Of a DNA stretch of 64,000 bases, positions 40,013-48,104 are shown in pieces. The first letter of the stretch is position 1, and every line of letters begins with the position of its first letter. Source of the stretch: Escherichia coli (GTDB lineage Bacteria > Pseudomonadota > Gammaproteobacteria > Enterobacterales > Enterobacteriaceae); the NCBI RefSeq assembly GCF_051903065.1, contig NZ_CP178438.1. One strand, written 5' to 3'. The notes beneath the pieces were generated by a model that worked only from the letters and a program-made list of their open reading frames with translations, did not search any database and had not been told where the DNA came from. Made by a program: the position numbers and the translations under genes.

Positions 40013-41565
40013 AAGCTATCCTCTTGCATACTGAAGTTTTCTCTTTCACCATAACCCAACTCCTTCAGATAACCCGCCATCTCTGTTTCGAGTTTTGACA
40101 GTTCCACTTTCAATTGCTCACGTTCGGCACGCACAGCCAGCAAGTCAATCTCGTCTTCTTCCTCAAAGGTATCGACATAGCGCGGAATATTGAGGTTGTA
40201 ATCGTTGTCCTGAATTTCCTTCAGGCTGGCGAGATAGGCGTATTTCTCGACGTTATCGCCATCACGGTAGGTCTTGACGATTTTCTTAATGTTTTCTTCG
40301 CTAAGCTGGTTCTGGTTTTTACCTGCCTTGAATTCACGGCTGGCATCGATAAACAGCACCTTATCATCAACTTTCTGCTTTTTGAAAATCAGAATCGCAG
40401 CCGGAATCCCCGTACCGTAGAACAGTTTTTCCGGCAGACCAATTACCGCATCCAGCAAATTTTCGTCGATCAGTTTCTGGCGAATTTTACCTTCGCTGGA
40501 GCCACGGAAAAGCACACCGTGTGGCACAACTACGCCCATACGGCCAGTTCCCGGTTTCAGGGTTTCGATCATATGCGAGATAAAAGCGTAATCTCCTTTA
40601 GTCTTCGGCGGTACACCGCGACGAAAACGGCCAAACTTATCGTTCTCAGCCTCGTCATGGCCCCACTTATCCAGGCTGAACGGTGGGTTAGCGGTCACGA
40701 TATCAAACAGCATCAGGTCGCCATTTTTATCGAGCAGTTTCGGGTTACGAATGGTATCGCCCCACTCGATTTTATGGTTGTCTTCGCCGTGCAGGAACAT
40801 GTTCATTTTCGCCAGCGACCACGTGGAGCCAATCGCTTCCTGACCAAACAACGCATAATTACGGCTGTTATGTCCGGAGACAATTTTACGTCCGCACTTC
40901 ATCAATAACGAACCAGAGCCGCAGGCCGGATCGCAGATGGTATCACCCGGTTGCGGATCAAGCAGTTCAGCAATCAGGTCTGAAACTTCTGGTGGGGTAT
41001 AGAATTCCCCGGCTTTCTGCCCACCGCTGGCGGCAAAGTTTTTGATCAGATATTCGTAGGCATTACCGATAACGTCCAGCGTACCTACACGGCTTGGCTT
41101 CAGGTTGAGATCTTCACCGGCGAAGTCTTCCAGCAACTGACGCAGGATGGTGTTCTTCTGTTTTTCTTCACCCAAGCGGTCAGTGTTAAACGAAATATCC
41201 TGGAACACGCTTTTCCCGGCATCTTTCAGTTTGGTTCCGTTGGCTTCTTCGATTGCATGCAGAGCCTGATCGATACGCTCACCGTTACCCGGCTCATGGC
41301 GGCGTTCGTACAGCGCATAAAAGCTGGCACTTTTTGGCAGTACAAAACGCTCGTTGGCCATCATCGCTTCAATCAGTTCCGGCGCATCGCCATACTGTTC
41401 TTTGTATTCGTCATAGTGATCCTGCCAGACATCTGAAATGTACTTGAGGAACAGCATGGTAAGGATAAAGTCTTTATAGGTATCAGCACTGATGGTGCCA
41501 CGGAACGTATCACACGCGGCCCACAGGGCTTTGTTGATCGTGTCCTGACTGATTTTGTCGTTCAT
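40009..41565 (-). CDS. hsdM: type I restriction-modification DNA methyltransferase subunit (N6-adenine)
   Basis: 518-aa ORF MNDKISQDTINKALWAACDTFRG; motif I DPACGSGSLL; motif IV NPPF in TANPPFSLDKWG. Confidence 0.92.
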   Translation of the reverse strand: MNDKISQDTINKALWAACDTFRGTISADTYKDFILTMLFLKYISDVWQDHYDEYKEQYGDAPELIEAMMANERFVLPKSASFYALYERRHEPGNGERIDQALHAIEEANGTKLKDAGKSVFQDISFNTDRLGEEKQKNTILRQLLEDFAGEDLNLKPSRVGTLDVIGNAYEYLIKNFAASGGQKAGEFYTPPEVSDLIAELLDPQPGDTICDPACGSGSLLMKCGRKIVSGHNSRNYALFGQEAIGSTWSLAKMNMFLHGEDNHKIEWGDTIRNPKLLDKNGDLMLFDIVTANPPFSLDKWGHDEAENDKFGRFRRGVPPKTKGDYAFISHMIETLKPGTGRMGVVVPHGVLFRGSSEGKIRQKLIDENLLDAVIGLPEKLFYGTGIPAAILIFKKQKVDDKVLFIDASREFKAGKNQNQLSEENIKKIVKTYRDGDNVEKYAYLASLKEIQDNDYNLNIPRYVDTFEEEDEIDLLAVRAEREQLKVELSKLETEMAGYLKELGYGERENFSMQEDSL

Positions 41566-41868
41566 GAATCATCCTGGTCTGAAGAAAAAGCTAGCGATGC
41601 AGGGCTTTGCATCTTAAAAATTGCGGTAAATGATACCGTAAGATGCCTCCCCTGACACGCCAATATCGCAGCATTCAGGTTTGCATCATCCCCGTAATAT
41701 CGACATGAGACAGACTGACACAACCTGGCTCGTCACTCGCTAAAAACCAATTATCTTAGTAAGATAGCATCCATATTAGCCATGGTGTAAAACTGCCGTT
41801 GGGGTAATGATGATCCATATATCACCCGTTCTGGTGTGTGGAGCTGACATGATCCATAATCGGCAACG

Positions 41869-43104
41869 TTGATGCCCTTTGATAGTAATGATGACCGTCA
41901 ATGTGATTCCCCTGCTGACTGGAGGTCTCCGGATAGAATGAGTATTGCCAACTGCGCTATCGGCCCACTTTATGATGAGCAAATAAAAAAAACACTTATG
42001 TATGCTGACCATAAATTCAAGCGGCTAATGAATACACGAATGTCGTTACTCGAACATTTATCACCCCACTATGACTTATCTTCCATGTTCAGCTATGAGT
42101 TGGAGGGAAGAGTTTTTCGGATTAAATTGATCAAGCCTGAGATTAAATTATCTCGCCAGCAGTTGATCTTCTCCTCACTCTTTTTAGAGCATGATTTTCT
42201 AAAAGAATATAAAAAACACATCTCAAATACTCTACAAAAAACAATCAAACAGTGCATTAAAAAACACAAACAAAAAATCAAAATCGAGCCTTCTATTTTA
42301 GATTACATATCAGCGTCACCCCGCAATACGTCGAGTTATGTATTACATGAGATAGTTTTTGAATCTAAACATTGCGATGAAATTCGCAATATTAAAAATG
42401 ATATATTGCTTGATGAACTAACGTTGAATGGCCGGATCACTAACATTTCAAAATACATTAAAAATAGTCAAGATAAAATCGTCGAACATATAGAGTTCTG
42501 CACTCATAAATTTGTCAATATAAGTCGTAAGAACCGGCACATTTTCAACACCACCACAATATCTGGCAGAAAACCTAACATCACTGGTGTTTTACTTTGC
42601 CTTTCAGAATTGATAAGCAACCTGCATATTTACCCAACTGAAATTAATAATATAAGCAATGCCATAATATTAAGCATTGCATACTCTGTACTTCAACATC
42701 TTCAATCCGGAAGAGAAACAGAAAAAACCAAAACCTCTCCAGCACTGGATTTTATCCCCACCATCATCGCACCTCATGTTTTCTACCTGGCGAAACGCGA
42801 AAAATCCTCTCAATATAAATACATTGAAAAAGAATATCTTCTCGGCCAGTTACTTATATTTTTGATGTATAAAACAGTTTACTACTCGATTCATAGCATC
42901 AGGGTAAGCCGTAAGCATTTCTATAATGATATAAAACCAAAATTAGTGACACTAAAAAAAGAAAGCTTATTAAGCACCAATTTCATGAAAAATCGAAGAG
43001 AGATTAGTGGTGAAGTCTTTGGTGATGTTGGTAGTATTGAGGCTGATTTTCGAGAAATCAGTACACTGATTCATCGGCGGAAGGCATTATTTATTTCCTT
43101 TTAA
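41869..43104 (+). CDS. hypothetical protein (AT-rich, Lys/Ile/Asn-rich); start codon uncertain
   Basis: 411-aa ORF in a low-GC block; no recognisable motif. Confidence 0.5.
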   Translation: MMPFDSNDDRQCDSPADWRSPDRMSIANCAIGPLYDEQIKKTLMYADHKFKRLMNTRMSLLEHLSPHYDLSSMFSYELEGRVFRIKLIKPEIKLSRQQLIFSSLFLEHDFLKEYKKHISNTLQKTIKQCIKKHKQKIKIEPSILDYISASPRNTSSYVLHEIVFESKHCDEIRNIKNDILLDELTLNGRITNISKYIKNSQDKIVEHIEFCTHKFVNISRKNRHIFNTTTISGRKPNITGVLLCLSELISNLHIYPTEINNISNAIILSIAYSVLQHLQSGRETEKTKTSPALDFIPTIIAPHVFYLAKREKSSQYKYIEKEYLLGQLLIFLMYKTVYYSIHSIRVSRKHFYNDIKPKLVTLKKESLLSTNFMKNRREISGEVFGDVGSIEADFREISTLIHRRKALFISF

Positions 43105-43610
43105 CTTTAAAACGATAAAAACAAATGAGAGACTGAATAAATATCAGCCTCTCACATAGTTAATAAGTTTCAACTTTAATATCTGAGAAATCATTCTATC
43201 TGGGCCTTGTGGACATTAATCCTCCTGGCAACATACGACTCAAAGTTTCAGCCTTGTATAGCCATCATAAATAGTACAGGATTGGGTGCTGCTCGCATGT
43301 ATCATTCTGGTATTAATACTGATCATCAGGGGTAACTTGTATGTAATTTAAAAACCATCATATCTCAAATCTCACAATGCTCATATTTTAACCATAAAAA
43401 CTAACCGATTTACACCCGCCATATATTATCATAACTTATTGTATTTAAATGGCTATAAGCCTCTAACTCACTGATTACACCATTAAATTCAAGCCATATC
43501 CTTACGCAGATACAAGCTTGCCCCTGCTGCCATTCACGTTTTAGGATTACCTCGCTAACACGACATGCTACTTTTTAAATCAGTGTAATAATTCAAACGA
43601 GGATAAAATT

Positions 43611-44741
43611 ATGTTCGAGAAAATGAAAAACAATGTAACCCGTATACCGGGGAATTTAACAAAACTTAATCAATACCAAAAAGACATTGATCACCTGTCT
43701 AAACTATTTTCTGAACAGCAATTACTGGAACTAATGACGACTACCGAATCCGATCAAATATTGCAAATGAAGCCTGCTGTAGATATTCTTCATGTACTAT
43801 CTCCATCAGCATCTACTGCTAAGCATATCAATTTTTTTCAGCACGTCCCAGTGCTCGAACAATGGTTAAAAAAGGAGTGCACTGCCTTTAATTTACTGGC
43901 AGTACATTTCTATTCACAGCAATCCCGTAAAAATGTCATTCCGAAAGAAATCTGTATGCTACTGGATGCATTTATTAAAACTGAACTTTCATCTGCGGTT
44001 AATGGTAATAATAATGCCGAACTCCTTTCTTGTTTTCAAAACACGCTGGATAAAATGTGCAATACACTAACATTTATAGACCACACAGTTACGGAACAAT
44101 CAGGTCAAGTAGCAATGCTTGATTTCAGCGCAAAAATGCATGAATATACTGTTGAAATCAGGACCTTTTTGAAGTCTGAATACTGGCTAAACAAACTACC
44201 TAAGGATATTAATATTCCATCCATTGACCTATCCTGGCTTGTGTTTTGTTACTTTTGCTCTGAATATCTTTTTGTATTTATTCAAACAACGCTCAATACA
44301 ATGAAGGCAGGAAAAATCATTCGTGATAACTACCTTTATCATCCTAAAATGATTGCATTGATCATTTTATCTATGCTGCCTTATGAAGTCATTCATAACG
44401 ATGGATCACTGAGTGAGTTTAAAACGCCTTTAACCAGCCCTGATGAGTTCATAATCAAATCTATTTGCATTAAAGGTAAGCAAAACACTACAGGGCATAA
44501 AAAAGATATAGAACAATTGCTTCGTAAGACATATATCTATATTGCATTACTCTTAAACCCTGAGTGGGCACCATCTTCCAAGGAGTTGATTTCCTTTTTA
44601 TCAGGAAAGTCCACAGTGATAAGTGGTTCACTCAACTTCCAGTCAACCTCCAGTGGTCTGGGTGTTCAAACAAACAATATCACTCTTCTTAAGAATGAGG
44701 TTTACTTCGAAAAAATAGCGAACAAGATCATGAAACTGTAG
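43611..44741 (+). CDS. hypothetical protein (AT-rich)
   Basis: 376-aa ORF MFEKMKNNVTRIPGNLTKLNQYQ; same strand and composition as the preceding ORF; no recognisable motif. Confidence 0.55.
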   Translation: MFEKMKNNVTRIPGNLTKLNQYQKDIDHLSKLFSEQQLLELMTTTESDQILQMKPAVDILHVLSPSASTAKHINFFQHVPVLEQWLKKECTAFNLLAVHFYSQQSRKNVIPKEICMLLDAFIKTELSSAVNGNNNAELLSCFQNTLDKMCNTLTFIDHTVTEQSGQVAMLDFSAKMHEYTVEIRTFLKSEYWLNKLPKDINIPSIDLSWLVFCYFCSEYLFVFIQTTLNTMKAGKIIRDNYLYHPKMIALIILSMLPYEVIHNDGSLSEFKTPLTSPDEFIIKSICIKGKQNTTGHKKDIEQLLRKTYIYIALLLNPEWAPSSKELISFLSGKSTVISGSLNFQSTSSGLGVQTNNITLLKNEVYFEKIANKIMKL

Positions 44742-44884
44742 TTTCTTAATATAATGGCGACATGGAATTGTGTTGCCATTATATCCGAATCTGCGTTTTT
44801 TCACCTGATGAACTGTGAAAGCTGTAACTGGCAGACTATAACCTCACATCGTATTTTTCCAGTGTCATTTACAGGAGAAATACG

Positions 44885-46021
44885 ATGCCTATTCTGGATC
44901 TGCGTTTCAGCAACAAATCACTTCACCAACTTCTACATCCCCTCACGGGTTGTCAGGAATACCGTGATATTCACTGCCAAAACCTGCGTGCTCTGGTGTA
45001 TCCCAATCGGATCACGCTGGCCTTTCGTGCCACTATAAACAATCAGCGTATATATGAAACCCTGGGTCAGTTCCCTCAGCTCTGCGTTGAGGATGCCCGT
45101 CAGCATGTGATGAAACTGCTTGCTGATAAAAATCGTCTTGCGGTTCAGTCCCGTCGATTCACTGTGGAACAGGCCATCAATGACCTGTGGCTACCGGATT
45201 TGCAGTTGTATAAAAAGAGTCCTCAGTCAGAGTTGTCAAAACTCAACCTCTACGTTCGCCCGTTCTGGGGCAAGCGGCAACTTCGCGACATCACGGCAGG
45301 AGAACTAGAACAATATGCTGCTGGCTTACGGGAAAAATTACGTCCGTCAACAGTAAACCGTATCCTCGCAATATTGTCCAAAATATGCTCTCTGGCAGTA
45401 CGTGCTGGATGGATCACGCATTCCCCGATGTCACATGTCCGCTATCTGAAAGAAAATAACATTCGCTATCGCACACTGTCAGCGACAGAAATCCCGCGCT
45501 TTATTGACGCGGCAACAGCGCTGCAAACACCGGCAGCTGATTCTATATTGCTTGCTCTTTATACGGGGATGCGTATTGGTGAGGTATGTACCCTGAAATG
45601 GGAGTACTGGCACCCGGATATGCATCAACTCATACTGCCTGATACAAAGTCCGGACACCCTTTCACCTGCCCACTTGCACCTCCAGCCATTGCAGTTGTC
45701 CAGTGCCAGCAGGACCTGATGCTCAGCAAAACTTACATTTTTCCACAACTAACCGACAATGTCCGCCCTCTGGCATATCCGCGTGCAACCTTTGCCCGTA
45801 TTTGTCGGGATGCCAACATTGATAACCTGCGGATGCATGACCTGCGCCGTACCTTTGCCACCCGGGTACTACAGGCGACCGGGGATATTGCAATCGCTTC
45901 CCATCTGCTAAATCACCATTCACTCACGGCGACCCGTCGCTACGCTTTTCACAATGCAGCGACATCACACGCAGTGGTTTCTCAGGTCATAGAAAGTTAT
46001 GACACAAAAATGAACCTATGA
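44885..46021 (+). CDS. tyrosine-type site-specific recombinase/integrase (P4-like); true start may lie upstream
   Basis: Catalytic region LYTGMRIGEV, MHDLRRTFATR (HxxR) and LNHHSLTATRRYA (Tyr). Confidence 0.85.
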   Translation: MPILDLRFSNKSLHQLLHPLTGCQEYRDIHCQNLRALVYPNRITLAFRATINNQRIYETLGQFPQLCVEDARQHVMKLLADKNRLAVQSRRFTVEQAINDLWLPDLQLYKKSPQSELSKLNLYVRPFWGKRQLRDITAGELEQYAAGLREKLRPSTVNRILAILSKICSLAVRAGWITHSPMSHVRYLKENNIRYRTLSATEIPRFIDAATALQTPAADSILLALYTGMRIGEVCTLKWEYWHPDMHQLILPDTKSGHPFTCPLAPPAIAVVQCQQDLMLSKTYIFPQLTDNVRPLAYPRATFARICRDANIDNLRMHDLRRTFATRVLQATGDIAIASHLLNHHSLTATRRYAFHNAATSHAVVSQVIESYDTKMNL

Positions 46022-46163
46022 TCTGTGATTCGTGATTGATGCAACACTCGTTTAAGGACGGTATTGTCATTGCATGCTTCTGCAGGGCCCTGCATTAAGT
46101 CATCAAAGAATGTGGATTGATATTAAATCCGCGTGGTTTCTTCTTCTCTAAAACCGGAGGTTT

Positions 46164-46364
46164 ATGTATTTAACCATTAAGCAGTTTGCAGAAAGATTTA
46201 ATCTTTCCGCATCCACGGTTGCGTCAGATATATCGCGCAACCCAGGAAAACTCCCGCCCTTCATCAGAATTGGGCGGGCTATACGATTCTCTCTTGATGA
46301 TATTGTTGAGTGGGAAAATGCACATCGTCAAAACAAACTTAAAGGTGATATAAATGGTTACTAA
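46164..46364 (+). CDS. AlpA-family HTH protein (excisionase/regulator-like)
   Basis: 66-aa ORF MYLTIKQFAERFNLSASTVASDISRNPGKLPPFIRIGRAIRFSLDDIVEWE. Confidence 0.75.
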   Translation: MYLTIKQFAERFNLSASTVASDISRNPGKLPPFIRIGRAIRFSLDDIVEWENAHRQNKLKGDINGY

Positions 46365-48058
46365 GAACACAGCAAATAATGCTAATAATGCACTGAACAT
46401 TCTTCCTGAAGCAGCAAACGGCTTTGTTGAATAAATCGAACTTTTGCTGAGTTGAAGGATCAGATCACGTATCTTCCCGACAACGCAGACCGTTCCGTGG
46501 CAAAGCAAAAGTTCAAAATCACCAACTGGCCCACCTACAATAAAGCCCTCATCAACCGTGGCTCCATAACTTTCTGGCTGGATGATGAAGCTATTCAGGC
46601 CTGGTATGAGTCAGCAACACCTTCTTCACGAGGCAGACCTCAGCGCTATTCTGACCTTGCCATCACGACTGTGCTGGTCATTAAACGCGTATTCAGGCTG
46701 ACCCTGCGCGCTGCGCAGGGCTTTATTGATTCCATTTTTTCTCTGATGAACGTTCCGCTACGCTGCCCGGATTACAGCTGTGTCAGCAGGCGGGCAAAGT
46801 CGGTTAATGTCAGTTTCAAAACGCCCACCCGGGGTGAAATCGCACACCTGGTAATTGATTCCACCGGGCTGAAGGTCTTCGGTGAAGGCGAGTGGAAAGT
46901 CAAAAAGCATGGCCAGGAACGCCGCCGTATCTGGCGTAAGCTGCATCTCGCCGTTGACAGTAAAACACATGAAATCATCTGCGCTGACCTGTCGCTGAAC
47001 AACGTTACGGACTCAGAGGCCTTCCCCGGGTTAATCCGGCAAACCCACCGGAAAATCAGGTCAGCCGCCGCCGATGGCGCTTACGATACCCGGCTATGTC
47101 ACGATGAACTGCGGCGTAAGAAAATCAGCGCGCTTATCCCTCCCCGAAAAGGTGCGGGTTACTGGCCCGGTGAATATGCAGACCGTAACCGTGCAGTGGC
47201 TAATCAGCGAATGACCGGGAGTAATGCGCGGTGGAAATGGACAACAGATTACAACCGTCGCTCGATAGCGGAAACGGCGATGTACCGGGTAAAACAGCTG
47301 TTCGGGGGTTCACTGACACTGCGTGACTACGATGGTCAGGTTGCAGAGGCTATGGCCCTGGTACGAGCGCTGAACAAAATGACGAAAGCAGGTATGCCTG
47401 AAAGCGTGCGTATTGCCTGAAAACACAACCCGCTACGGGGGAGACTTACCCGAAATCTGATTTATTCAACAAAGCCGCAGCAAACACAGCTGTAGACAAC
47501 GATGAAAAATATCTGTCCTTTGCATTAGTTCTCGCTATCACGATTATGGACAACTTAGTAAAGCTCATCGGCACAGATGGCTTCGTACTTTATACCTACA
47601 CCCTGCAGGACACGGCTACTGCTCGTGCTGTTTTTAATGAATTAGCCAGGCGTCTCAAAAATTTCAATCGTCAGGAGGAGGTCTACACCACCGATTCCCT
47701 CACCTTTCGAATGAAATACATTTACGGTGTTACCCTGTTCGAACATGATAGTAAATCTATCCTTAACCTCTTTGATAAGAAGGGTTATCCGGTATTGAGT
47801 GAATCAGGAGAACCCGGTTCTCTTGATGATATGTATCTTGACATTCAAGCCCGATTACATGGCGGCTACGCCTCAAAAAAGTTTCTTCATTTACATGAAC
47901 ATTGTCTGTTATCTGCACACGTTACCCCGTCTGTGGAAAAGACGCAACGCGGTATCCTGATTAAAGTAGGCAGGAAACTCGTTTCCTTTATCCATGTAGA
48001 TGATGAATCACACAAAACCGATATTTTCAAATCTGTAGTAAATGTTATTAAATCTTGA
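46354..48058 (+). pseudogene. small ORF interrupted by IS903 after codon 22; the 3' part persists as a 170-aa ORF (47546-48058)
   Basis: ATG at 46354 (MVTKNTANNANNALNILPEAAN) runs into the IS; removing the IS and one TSD copy restores an in-frame ORF of about 212 codons ending 48058. Confidence 0.65.
46420..47476 (+). mobile_element. IS903-like element (IS5 family, 1057 bp; transposase ORF 46452-47420) with 9-bp target-site duplication
   Basis: Terminal inverted repeats ggctttgttgaataaatcg / cgatttattcaacaaagcc; 322-aa DDE transposase ORF; TSD gcagcaaac at 46411-46419 and 47477-47485. Confidence 0.9.
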
Positions 48059-48066
48059 TTCTTTAT

Positions 48067-48094
48067 GCCGGGACACAGCTCCCGGCATTTTTTC
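48067..48094 (+). terminator. hairpin plus T-run between the interrupted ORF and the polymerase gene (terminator or attenuator)
   Basis: Stem gccggga/tcccggc followed by attttttc, 11 bp before the RBS and ATG at 48105. Confidence 0.45.
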
Positions 48095-48104
48095 GGAGTT
48101 AACT

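Noticed and set aside
41776-42012. Minus-strand ORF 41776..42012 and other short ORFs overlapping the AT-rich hypothetical genes
   Set aside because: Short, overlapping longer same-region ORFs in AT-rich DNA where random ORFs are frequent; no support.
48042-48104. N-terminal extension of the polymerase ORF from 48042 (MLLNLDSLCRDTAPGIFSELT)
   Set aside because: It overlaps the stop of the upstream ORF and contains a hairpin/T-run; the ATG at 48105 has an RBS (ggag) and is the more plausible start.
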